DNA from: Octopus bimaculoides
Taxonomy: Eukaryota
NCBI RefSeq assembly: GCF_001194135.2
Contig: NC_068982.1
Coordinates: 111,147,012-111,195,158 of the forward strand
Length of the DNA stretch: 48,147 nt
Direction: 5' to 3'
Under the pieces are notes generated by a model. The model was not told where the DNA came from, ran no database searches, and saw nothing but the letters and a program-made list of their open reading frames with translations. The position numbers were made by a program, and so were the translations under genes. Below are positions 1-10,114 of this stretch, in pieces. Numbering within the stretch: position 1 is the stretch's first letter; each line of letters opens with the position of its first letter.

Positions 1-416
1 TATATATATACACACGAGATATATATATACACACACACACAGATACATACATATGTATGCATGTATGTATGCATTCATATGTGTGTGTGTAGTGTACGTT
101 ATGTGTACATGTATGTGTGCATATACATGCATTTACATGTATATAGTTGCATATAGACATGTATGTATATATGTATGTATGTATGTATGTATGTACGTAT
201 GTATTTATGTGTGGGTATATGTATATATGCTGATGTGAATGCCTGCATACATATATGTGTGTGTGTATGTCTGTGTATGCACAATACAGACACACACACA
301 CATACATGCATGTATTCTTTATATGATTTATTTATTATGCATCTGTGCTTGTTTAGCTTTTACTGTTTACGCTTTTCGCTTTCACTCCAATTGTCACTGA
401 GGTACATTACTTGCTG

Positions 417-448
<32 letters not shown>

Positions 449-684
449 GGTAGTCGTGGAGGTTTTGGTGGTGGTGGTGGTGATGCAGTATACTCTTTCT
501 CTGTTAATGTTTATGTTTGTTTATTTGTTTGTGATTGTTGAATTTATTGTCACCGTATGAATGATTCTGATAGTGGGGGTTGGTAGGCGGGTTAAGAGGA
601 CAGGGATTATGAGAAAGATGAGGAGGTTATATGTGTATGTGTATATACGTATGTTCATATATATATATATATATATACATGTAT

Positions 685-719
<35 letters not shown>

Positions 720-898
720 AGTTTACTGGCTGGTTGACTGGTTGGCAGGTTAGTTGGTTGCTTAGTTGAGGAGGGGACGTAAGGAAAAGAAAAAAGAAAA
801 AGAAAAACAAGGACGGATTGCACCACTGTCGATCGCTGCCTCTGCCGTTGCCCCAACAGGAGCGACCGAACGACTCCCACAGCTGCTACTGCTGCTAG

Positions 899-1021
899 AT
901 GTCCGGATGTCTCTATTGTTGTGCCTCAGCATCGTGCGTGCTATCTGTACTGCTGTTGTTTCCACTACTACAGATTGATAGCTTGATACAAGCCAACATT
1001 TCTACACCATCGTGTAGTTGA
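899..1021 (+). CDS. Candidate first coding exon or small ORF with a signal-peptide-like N-terminus (unassigned)
   Basis: ATG at 899 directly follows an in-frame TAG. Translates MSGCLYCCASASCVLSVLLLFPLLQIDSLIQANISTPSCS*, with hydrophobic core VLSVLLLFPLL and an NIS sequon. Lies in a CpG-dense patch (about 10 CpG in 811-950). Possible GT donors at 1012-1016. No homology recognised. Confidence 0.25.
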   Translation: MSGCLYCCASASCVLSVLLLFPLLQIDSLIQANISTPSCS

Positions 1022-2029
1022 TTTTCCCGTCTCACTCACGCGGAACGACACAATCTGTTCAGTGATATAATTCATGTGTCTCTTCTGTATGTGTGAAGAG
1101 ACTGGCTTGTGCAGTGAAGTGTGAACTGTTCTCCACATAGGACTCTTCTGTGTGTTTTAAACAAGGAAGACAAACAAACTACGCACTGCTATATGACAAC
1201 ACAACTATTTAGCTTAGCTTTTACCACTACACACACACACACATATANNNNNNNNNNNNNNNNNNNNNNNNNNNNNNNNNNNNNNNNNNNNNNNNNNNNN
1301 NNNNNNNNNNNNNNNNNNNNNNNNNNNNNNNNNNNNNNNNNNNNNNNNNNNNNNNNNNNNNNNNNNNNNNNNNNNNNNNNNNNNNNNNNNNNNNNNNNNN
1401 NNNNNNNNNNNNNNNNNNNNNNNNNNNNNNNNNNNNNNNNNNNNNNNNNNNNNNNNNNNNNNNNNNNNNNNNNNNNNNNNNNNNNNNNNNNNNNNNNNNN
1501 NNNNNNNNNNNNNNNNNNNNNNNNNNNNNNNNNNNNNNNNNNNNNNNNNNNNNNNNNNNNNNNNNNNNNNNNNNNNNNNNNNNNNNNNNNNNNNNNNNNN
1601 NNNNNNNNNNNNNNNNNNNNNNNNNNNNNNNNNNNNNNNNNNNNNNNNNNNNNNNNNNNNNNNNNNNNNNNNNNNNNNNNNNNNNNNNNNNNNNNNNNNN
1701 NNNNNNNNNNNNNNNNNNNNNNNNNNNNNNNNNNNNNNNNNNNNNNNNNNNNNNNNNNNNNNNNNNNNNNNNNNNNNNNNNNNNNNNNNNNNNNNNNNNN
1801 NNNNNNNNNNNNNNNNNNNNNNNNNNNNNNNNNNNNNNNNNNNNNNNNNNNNNNNNNNNNNNNNNNNNNNNNNNNNNNNNNNNNNNNNNNNNNNNNNNNN
1901 NNNNNNNNNNNNNNNNNNNNNGTGTGTGTGTGTGTGTGTGTGTGTGTGTGGTGCGTGCGTGCCTGCGCGCGCGCGCCGGCGTTGTGTTTGCGCCATTTGA
2001 ATCACTTTTGAGGCTCCAAACAAATTCTG

Positions 2030-2230
2030 AAATATTTCACGAAATGCGAAATATAGTTTTTAAATTTGGACGAAGGATGGCGTAGTGAGGGTTGTGTAGT
2101 AAGGTGTGACTATAAGGGATAGATGAGTTAGGGGTGATATACTGAGTGATGGGTAGTGAGAGGGTGGATATTGAAGGGTTCAGGAGTAAGTGAGTGAGAT
2201 CGAATATTGATCTGCAGAAAGAGATTGTTT
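2030..2230 (-). mobile_element. Highly decayed Penelope-like RT C-terminal fragment (tentative)
   Basis: Minus-strand translation with stops gives FLQINI...LTTHHSVYHP*...HPSSKFKNYISHFVKYFRIC, resembling the PLE pattern FLDI..VY.KPT..HP...K.SI..SQ..R..RIC seen intact at 7850-8030. Confidence 0.3.
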
Positions 2231-2743
2231 TACTTCTCCAAAGGGTAAATATACACACAAATTCACGTACAAGCATACATATGCATGTATGTATACATAT
2301 GCATGTATGTATACATATGTATGTATGTGCGTGTATGTGTATCTATGCATACATACGTTCACACACACACATATATATATATATATACNNNNNNNNNNTC
2401 TATGCATACATACGTTCACACACACACATATATATATATATATACAGAGATAGACGGACAAACAGTCAGACAAACAGGTAGCTGAATATATGTATTGGAG
2501 AGATGCTTATGCCAGTAAGAAATATTCACAGACTTTAGTACTCAATTTTTAACAGTATACTAAGCTCCAATTTTATATTACCTCAATGTAATAATGTTTT
2601 TGAATATAAATGATATTGTTTGTTTTCTATCTCTTATAATACATACACACATTAACACACTAAACGTGTGTGTGTGTGTGGTTCAAATATACAGAGAACA
2701 AGACAAAGACAGGTGAGGGGACGCTCGAGAAGAATGGAAAAGA

Positions 2744-2779
2744 CTTTGACATTTTGAGCCTACGCTCTTCGACTGAAAG
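2744..2779 (-). ncRNA. Decayed copy of the minimal hammerhead-like motif at 3976-4011
   Basis: Minus strand CTTT-CAGTCGA-A-GAGC-GTAG-GCTC-AAAA-TGTC-AAAG has the same stem I and stem II as 3976-4011, but both core boxes are mutated. The downstream flank (GAGCGT...CACCTGTCTT) also matches the 4020-4075 repeat. Confidence 0.55.
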
Positions 2780-3042
2780 AGATGAGAGGCGAAAAGTGGA
2801 GCAAGAAGAAAAGGGAGAGAATACACACACACATACAAGCGCACGCACACACACACGCACACACACACACACTCGTGACATTTAATATACACAGGATTCA
2901 AATGTGAGCTACTAAAACTTTCATGCTCTGTTTGTACAATAGTCGGACGAGCAAGTAAAGACTTCTATGTACTATGGTGTAATCATTCAGACTCAAATAC
3001 AGCATGGCTCCTCTCTGAGATCATATTTATATCCTGTGTATA

Positions 3043-3260
3043 TTCCTTTCAATTATAGGCACAAGGCTGGAAATTTTAGGCGAGTGGGTAAGTCAATTGC
3101 ATCGACTTCAGTGCTTGACTGATACTTATTTTATTGAGCTAGAAAGGATGAAAGACGAATTCGACCTCGGCAGAATTTGAACTCAGTACGTAAAGGTGGA
3201 CGAAATACTGCTAAGTATTTTGTCCGGTGTGATTACAATTCTGCCAACTTGCCGCCTTAA
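3043..3260 (-). mobile_element. tRNA-derived SINE, family D (GGCGGCGAGCTGGCAGAA head), tail type 2
   Basis: Matches copies at 4657 and 27270. B box GAGTTCAAATTC. Flanked by an imperfect 12-bp TSD ATCCTGTGTATA (3031-3042) / ATCCTGTATATA (3261-3272). Confidence 0.85.
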
Positions 3261-3334
3261 ATCCTGTATATACTAAGTACACAGACGAACGCAAACACAC
3301 ATTCACTCATTATCTCTGTGTCTGTCTGTCTATC

Positions 3335-3480
3335 TATCTATCTCGCTAGCTAACTTTCTGGGTTTCCACACAATCTACATCTACCAAATTCACTCACTAG
3401 GCATTGTTTGACCCGGAGCTATAGCAAAACTAAACTTGATCAATGTACCAAAACAATCACTGAACCCGAAACCAGCTTTG
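3335..3480 (-). mobile_element. Diverged 5' half of family E SINE
   Basis: Reverse complement resembles 27790-27890 (CTATAGC...GTGAGTGAATTTGGTAGA...GGAAAC). Confidence 0.5.
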
Positions 3481-3571
3481 CGCAATATGCGTTCGAGGTG
3501 TCAATGTTCACTGAGTCTTGCAATTCGCATCAGTTCACGCGGATAGCCGCGCTCTTCATCGACGCTCTTTC

Positions 3572-3660
3572 CTTCACCTGATGAGAAGATCGCATCGTTT
3601 TACATCATTTTATTCCTTCTGGAATAATACCAATGTTTTCTTCGAAACATATGTCGGAAG
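3572..3660 (+). ncRNA. Type I hammerhead ribozyme, intact core (HHR1)
   Basis: Stem I CTTC(A)C 3572-3577 / GGAAG 3656-3660. CTGATGA 3578-3584. Stem II GAAGA 3585-3589 / TCTTC 3639-3643, closed by G10.1-C11.1. GAAA 3644-3647. Palindromic stem III ACATATGT 3647-3654. GUC triplet, predicted cleavage after C3655. Confidence 0.75.
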
Positions 3661-3735
3661 TATAAAGATTTGAATAACACCTGCGTAATTTCCCTTTGTT
3701 TAACGGTCATTTTCAAAGCATATTTTAATTGCTTC

Positions 3736-3796
3736 GATAACTGAAGAGATGCCGGTGCAGGTTTCCGCCCCGACATCCGAAACTCGGAGTTTTATT
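3736..3796 (+). ncRNA. Type I hammerhead ribozyme, intact core (HHR2)
   Basis: Stem I GATAA 3736-3740 / TTATT 3792-3796. CTGAAGA 3741-3747. Stem II GATG-C-CGG / CCG-A-CATC with one extra C before GAAA 3779-3782. Near-palindromic stem III AACTC-G-GAGTT. GUU triplet, cleavage after 3791. Confidence 0.7.
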
Positions 3797-3799
3797 ATG

Positions 3800-4098
3800 G
3801 CAAACGAATAATTGTTACATATTATATTACAAATAAATTCCTCTATTTACATAATATCGAGGTCTCTTTCATTTTTTTGTTGCATTACCAATACTATTAA
3901 TATATATTTTTTCTCTCCTTTTTTCTCTCTCCTTTTTTTCTCTCCTTGTTTCTCTTCTTATTTCTTTCTGTGTTCCTTTCTGTTGAAGAGCGTAGGCTCG
4001 AAACGTTAAAGACTTTCTCTATTCCTAAGCGTTATACTAATACATCCATTTGTTGTTTACACCACCTGTCTTCGTCTGTTGTTTTTTCGTGAATTCTA
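3800..4098 (+). repeat. Interspersed repeat carrying HHR3, probably a Penelope-like terminal (pLTR/3' UTR) segment
   Basis: A second copy of its 3' part lies inverted at 2690-2790. The pLTR assignment is inference from the HHR motif. Confidence 0.45.
3976..4011 (+). ncRNA. Minimal hammerhead-like motif with an A6-to-U variant core (HHR3)
   Basis: CTTT / CTGTTGA / A / GAGC-GTAG-GCTC / GAAA / CGT-T / AAAG. Stem I 4 bp, stem II 4 bp, ACGT palindrome as stem III. Matches the CTGATGAAG...CGAAACGT pattern of Penelope-associated minimal HHRs. Confidence 0.6.
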
Positions 4099-4192
4099 CC
4101 ATATATATATATNNNNNNNNNNGTGTGTGTCTGTGTGTGTGTGTGCGTGTGTGCGCGCGCGTGTGTGTGTGTGTATGTGTATACTATGTATA

Positions 4193-4496
4193 TCATGATG
4201 AACTCTCCCGTCGTTAGATGACGTATGAGGGTTCGACAATTTCTTACCGAACAACCGAACAGATGATTTGTTTATAGTGATCAGATGTTTGTGTAGACAT
4301 AAGCTCACTCCCTCCATCAGATCGACATTACATGTACAGGTGCAACGGGTGTCACATGTCAGATGTCGAAATGATCGCAGAGCAACGTGAAATGAAGTGC
4401 TTTGCTCAAGAACACAGCACAATGCCCGATCTGGTAATCGAACCCACGATTCCGCCATCGTTTGTGCAACACCCTAACCACCAAGCCATGCGCCTT
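4193..4496 (-). mobile_element. tRNA-derived SINE, family B
   Basis: Minus strand AAGGCGCATGGCTTGGTGGTTAG (A box) ... GGTTCGATTACC (B box), then GTGTTCTTGAGCAAAGCACTT (CORE-like segment) and a tail ending ACGACGGGAGAGTTCATCAT. Confidence 0.75.
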
Positions 4497-4656
4497 ACAT
4501 AAAAGTGAGTTTGGAAGGAGGCGGATACCATATTAGCTCTCGATTAAGTTTCTGTTAACGGTTAATCACAACGATCAGTATTTGTCATTCACTTTGAGGG
4601 TGACCAAATTGACGGACCCTCATGAAACTGCACCGACAGTGTTGCAAGGTTACTCT

Positions 4657-4874
4657 AAGGCGGCGAGCTGGCAGAAACGTTAGCACACCGGGCGAAATGC
4701 TTAGCGGTATTTCGTCTGTCTTTACTTTCTGAGCTCAAATTCCGCCGAGGTCGACTTTGTCTTTCATCCTTTTGGGGTCGATAAATTAAGTACCAGCTGC
4801 GTACTGGGGTAGATCTAATCGACTGGCCCCCTCCCCAAAAATTTCGAGCCTTGTGTCTAGATTAGAAAAGAATA
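4657..4874 (+). mobile_element. tRNA-derived SINE, family D, tail type 2
   Basis: GGCGGCGAGCTGGCAGAAACGTTAGCAC head and GCTCAAATTCC B box. 10-bp TSD TTGCAAGGTT at 4642-4651 and 4875-4884. Confidence 0.9.
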
Positions 4875-5399
4875 TTGCAAGGTTGCATTTGCAACAACGA
4901 NNNNNNNNNNNNNNNNNNNNNNNNNNNNNNNNNNNNNNNNNNNNNNNNNNNNNNNNNNNNNNNNNNNNNNNNNNNNNNNNNNNNNNNNNNNNNNNNNNNN
5001 NNNNNNNNNNNNNNNNNNNNNNNNNNNNNNNNNNNNNNNNNNNNNNNNNNNNNNNNNNNNNNNNNNNNNNNNNNNNNNNNNNNNNNNNNNNNNNNNNNNN
5101 NNNNNNNNNNNNNNNNNNNNNNNNNNNNNNNNNNNNNNNNNNNNNNNNNNNNNNNNNNNNNNNNNNNNNNNNNNNNNNNNNNNNNNNNNNNNNNNNNNNN
5201 NNNNNNNNNNNNNNNNNNNNNNNNNNNNNNNNNNNNNNNNNNNNNNNNNNNNNNNNNNNNNNNNNNNNNNNNNNNNNNNNNNNNNNNNNNNNNNNNNNNN
5301 NNNNNNNNNNNNNNNNNNNNNNNNNNNNNNNNNNNNNNNNNNNNNNNNNNNNNNNNNNNNNNNNNNNNNNNNNNNNNNNNNNNNNNNNNNNNNNNNNNN

Positions 5400-5433
<34 letters not shown>

Positions 5434-6412
5434 CAAAGAATATATATGCATGTATACACACATATATGTACATACTTACATCTACATGTGTATATAGATG
5501 CACATCAGGGTACAGGACGTTAGAAAAATGAACTACAGACAACGGAACGAACACAGGAAAACAGATAGCCACTTAGAATTATTCCTTCATCAGCTGCCTC
5601 TATTCTAACTAGGCGTTATTTGTCTAACCTCACTGTTAATAAATGTGTATTTTATTTAATTCAGTGAAGATATCAAATAACAAAGTGAGCGAAACACCTA
5701 GATATTTTCTATTTTAACAAATATTTTACAAGATATGTGAACATTTCATGATATAACTTTTCAGTAACTCGGAATGCAGAGTTACCTGCATTATATGACA
5801 TATACCTGCATTATATAACATGTGACATGAAATATATTACAAATATTATATAACATAATATTATCTATTCGTATTAAAATAGAATTTAATCATAAAACTA
5901 TGAAATATGGAAATTGATATTGCCTAAGGAAGATAAAACAGACAGCAAATGAAATAATTTTTAAGAATGTGCAATTACATTTGAGACGCACAGTTTTAAT
6001 TGAACGCATTCTCACAGACACATGCACGCACACTCACACGACATCGCACAAAAATATATATACATACATGTACACACACACGCACACACACACACACACA
6101 CAAATAATAAAGAGAAGTTTGACAAAATCTTTGTGATCTCCAGTTGACAGCTGATTAAGCAAATGTCATGCACCTGAGCTTGTTTATAGAATAAATACAC
6201 ATACAAACTTACATACAGATGTACACTTACATACTTGCACATATACATACACACACACACGCAAATACATACATACATACATACANNNNNNNNNNGTTCA
6301 AACACCCAGGAAAATGAACTGGATTGCAAGCTCGGAAACACGAGACGCAGCCAACTACTACATACATACATACATACATACATACATACATACATACATA
6401 CATACATACTTA

Positions 6413-7027
6413 GGTGCAGACCTGGCATTGCGGTTTAAGAAGCTCACTTCGCAACGACGTGGTTTCTGTTTCCGTCTCCCTGCGCTATATTTTAAGCTAG
6501 TATCTTCCACTATAGCCACTAGCCAGTCAATGCTTCTGAATGAATTTAGTAGACGGAAACTGTGTGGAAGTCTGCTGTACACCCCCCCCATCACACACAC
6601 ACACACATGTATGTATGTATGTATGTATGTATATACACGAGTGAGTAGACAAACGAAAGGAAAGGGCACTCAACACATTTAGTATCATTTACATGTATTA
6701 TTATTTAAAACAATGAACCGAATAGTCAAACTGTTTTAAATTATGTGTGTGTGTGTGTACACACACATATAGATATGTATATATATACATATGTCCGTGT
6801 GTGTCATTGTGTTTGACACTTCACTCACCGTTCGAGAACCGGTGTTGGTTTGTTTACATTTCCGTAACGATTCTGCAAGAGAGACTGACAGAATAAGTAA
6901 CAGATTTCAAAAAAATAAATAACATAATTACTGGGGTCGATTTGTTTAACCAAAACACTGCAAAGTGAAGCCTCAGCATGACCGCAGTCCAATAACTGAA
7001 TCAGGTAAAGAACAAAAGACAAAAGAT
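6413..7027 (+). mobile_element. Family E SINE with an expanded internal microsatellite
   Basis: Diverged head (CTATAGC...GTAGACGGAAACT), about 210 nt of CA/TATG/TG repeats, then the tail module AACCGGTGTTGG...CAGCATGACCGCAGTCCAATAACTGAA...AAAAGA, which is shared with 27930-28135. Confidence 0.7.
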
Positions 7028-7029
7028 AT

Positions 7030-8185
7030 TGCTAAAGGGAAAGGAAAGATAAAATGCCTCACCAATGAATAATCTGCAGAAACACAACCCGGAATGAAGA
7101 GAGGAAGTAAGTGTCAGATGAAGATAGGAGGGGAGTTGAGCCCATGTGACGCAAGGAGCGAAGAGAGAAGATTCAATCCTATTCACAGAGAAGGTGGGAG
7201 TCCGGAAGGCCCCTGTGCAAAGACAGTCCGAACACAGACAGATGTTGTAGTAAATGACCGGTAGAGCAGAAATGGCGCGAGACCAGAGTGTCATTGCCGA
7301 GTCTAATGTCTCGGAGGTGCTCCGCGAACCGGTCAGCCAAGCGGCGTCCCGTTTGACCGATGTACAGAGAAGGGCAGAAAGAACAGGAGATGCAGTAAAT
7401 GACGTTACTGGTAGTGCAGGTAAAGGAGTCAGAGATCTGAGAGGGACGATAATGAGTGCCTGTGAGGATGGTGATGTTGGAGAGATAGGGGCAAGTACGG
7501 CAGCGTGGGCGGAGAAGGGGAACGAGCCAGGCTGAGAGGTGGTGTTAGGGAAGAAACAGTGGACCAGGAGGTCACGCAGGTTGTGGGCTCGTTTTAAGGA
7601 GAGAAGGAGAAGGTTGGGGAAGATGTACGAAGTGGAGGGGCCGGACTGGAGTCGCCGAAAGGCTCGGAGAATGGTCCGTTGGAGGGACAGGGTGGAGGAG
7701 TGGTAAGTGAGGGGAAACGGGAGACGGATAATGGTGGGGTGGTTGCAGAGAGAAAGAGTAGAGGCACGATCCACAGAACGTGCCTTGGCAAAGGCAGTGT
7801 GGATAGTGGTGAGGGGATATCCATGAAGGATGAAGTGGCGAGCCATGAGTTGAGATTGAGTATCAAAGTCATAGTTGTCACTGCAGAGCCTGCGCAGACG
7901 GAGGAATTTGATGTTGGGAATGGAGAGCTTGGTATGGGTAGAGTGGAAGGGAGAGAAGTCGGTGTGTTTGTAGTGGATGGATTTAATGAGAGCGGAGTGG
8001 TGTATTCTGACAGAAATGTCGAGAAAGGCGACGGCAGAGTTAGAAATAGTGCAGGAGAATTCGAAGGCAAGATGGAAGGATTAGATAAAAGTATGGAAGG
8101 AGTCTAGTTGTTCGCAGGAGAATGAGGCCGCACCGATACAGTCATCGATATAACGACCGTATAGTTCGGGAGTGGGACCAGTGAA
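7030..8185 (-). mobile_element. 5'-truncated Penelope-like retroelement: RT C-terminal half plus GIY-YIG endonuclease, pseudogenised
   Basis: Frame from 8185 reads FTGPTPELYGRYIDDCIG (YIDD 8141-8152), one TAA at 8081-8083, AFLDISV, LRLRRLCS, HGYP, PLTYH, NLRDLLVH. A 1-nt frameshift near 7520 leads to RPRCRTC...SNVIYC (VIY 7395-7403)...LYIGQTGR (YIG 7356-7364)...RFAEH...VSRHF. Two late stops at 7173-7181. Confidence 0.92.
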
Positions 8186-8358
8186 TCATGAGATTATTTG
8201 TTACCCCAGTTTTATCCAGCTTTAACTTCCTACTCTTTGGACTTACATATTTTAACTACTTCCCGAACTTTCTGCACCTCTCTTCATCTACATGCCAGCA
8301 CTCCACTGGATATACTGACTCTGCATTCATGGATTTCACTGGATTTTTTTGTTGTTGT

Positions 8359-8439
<81 letters not shown>

Positions 8440-8499
8440 TAAGTACCTCTATATTTGTGTATGCCTGTGTAACCTGTTATTTTCGCTTTTCCTTCGCCA

Positions 8500-8632
8500 C
8501 CGAAGTCACTACACTATATATCAGGTAAAAGTACACTAATCGATATAAAACCAACTAAAACCACTGAAGTCAATGGCCTGAAATGACCGCTGTCCAATGA
8601 CTAGAACCAATAAAAAGATAAAAGAATAAAAG
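8500..8632 (+). mobile_element. Diverged family E tail fragment
   Basis: ATGACCGCTGTCCAATGACTAGAACCAATAAAAAGATAAAAGAATAAAAGA matches the E-family 3' end. Confidence 0.5.
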
Positions 8633-9412
8633 ATTATACAAATATACACAATCATACGCCTACGCATATAGAATAGCACATGCGCATGGTCATATTCACA
8701 GATTAGTTAATTAGGTCTTTCTAGGGAATTAACACTGTGAGAAGGTCGGACTTGTTCTACTTAGGCTGATGTTTTTCTCTTCTCAGCTCAACGTCACATC
8801 TCAAGTGGCTGTCAACCTTTAAACCTTCTATATTTACAATACTATCGGTGGCAAATCGTTAAGACTTGACGTTAATGCTGCTATGTTTCCCAACGATACT
8901 GTATCACAATGTTGACGGTCACTTCACCTACTTCTGAATATTATTCTCTTTTGAAAGTATCCTAGAATACTGTCTAAAGGAGATCGACTAAGAGAGAGAG
9001 AGAGAGGCTCACAGAGAGAAAGAGGGAGATAGATAAAGGAGAAAGAGAGAATGAGGGCAGATAGACAGGGGAGAGGAAGAGAGACAAAGGGAGAGAGCGA
9101 TATGGGAGAGAGACAGGGGAGAAAGATAAAGAAAATACAGTAAAAGAGATGTTGTTATTGAAACGGAGACAATGAAAGAGAAAGAGAAAGGGGGAGATAT
9201 TTATGCACGAAGATAACACGCTGTTACACTGTATTCGATGAGTTACTGAAAATAACAAGGAAATCTCAGCATTGTAACTGGATTTATTAGAAATAACAGC
9301 AAAATCGCCATCAAATAACACTCAACCTTCTTTAAAAAGCACATTGAATATAGGGCTTTCCTATAAGTAGGTTATCTCCCTTGGCTAGGCGGCGCTCCAT
9401 GTAGATAATTAA

Positions 9413-9420
9413 ACTTCCGG
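9413..9420 (+). promoter_or_regulatory. ETS-type motif ACTTCCGG upstream of the transposon ORF
   Basis: Exact reverse complement of CCGGAAGT, about 40 nt before ATG 9459, followed by CGCCATTG. Function untested. Confidence 0.25.
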
Positions 9421-9458
9421 AGGCTACCCACGCCATTGTTATTGTTTTACGTCTTATC

Positions 9459-10114
9459 ATGGATATAAAGCAGCTTGATGATTCAGCTATCGAAGTACTT
9501 ACTGTGCCTGAGTTAAAGAAATATTTAAGATTATATGGACAGTATGTTACTGGAAGAAAGGCGGACTTGACTGAAAGGTTGAAAGGAATAAAAATTCTGT
9601 CGATGAAGAATGTTAACAAAGTAAATTCATCGGACGATAAGTCTGAAGTATCGGACGATACTTCAGACAGGAATAAGCAGAAGCTTATATCNNNNNNNNN
9701 NNNNNNNNNNNNNNNNNNNNNNNNNNNNNNNNNNNNNNNNNNNNNNNNNNNNNNNNNNNNNNNNNNNNNNNNNNNNNNNNNNNNNNNNNNNNNNNNNNNN
9801 NNNNNNNNNNNNNNNNNNNNNNNNNNNNNNNNNNNNNTTTGTAAGTTGCCGAATTTCACAGATAATGACATAATTACCTCGTGCTACGGATGAAAGTAAA
9901 GCAACAGTTAAGGAGTGGCATATTTTACCACGACAGACACGTACACAGCATCGAATACCACGATGTGAGTGAAAGCTGCTCTCACTGTATTGTCCGGTGT
10001 CTGGTAATCCCTTCGATACCGACATCAAACGAAAAAAAGAATCCTGACCACAGAGTGTGGGTAATTATGTCAAAGGTCACTGGCAATGTGCATTCAGCTG
10101 ATTGCAACTGTTAA
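9459..10114 (+). pseudogene. SAP domain plus partial SWIM zinc-finger protein (transposon accessory ORF), frameshifted and truncated
   Basis: LTVPELKKYLRLYGQYVTGRKADLTERLK fits the SAP consensus. After the gap, KLPNFTDNDI shifts frame to NYLVLRMK...HRVWVIMSKVTGNVHSADCNC*, the CxC start of a SWIM finger. Adding ATAT near 9872 restores D-I-Y-N-Y-L-V. Confidence 0.75.

Noticed and set aside
2339-2447. About 48-nt direct duplication around a 10-N gap
   Set aside because: Typical unmerged contig overlap, so an assembly artefact.
5566-5594. Minus-strand CTGATGAAGGAATAATTCT hammerhead-like start
   Set aside because: The GAAA box and cleavage triplet are absent. At best a dead relic.
7594-8107. ORFs 7594-8070 (-), 7679-8107 (+) and 7254-7535 (+)
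   Set aside because: Alternative-frame or antisense shadows of the Penelope-like ORF.
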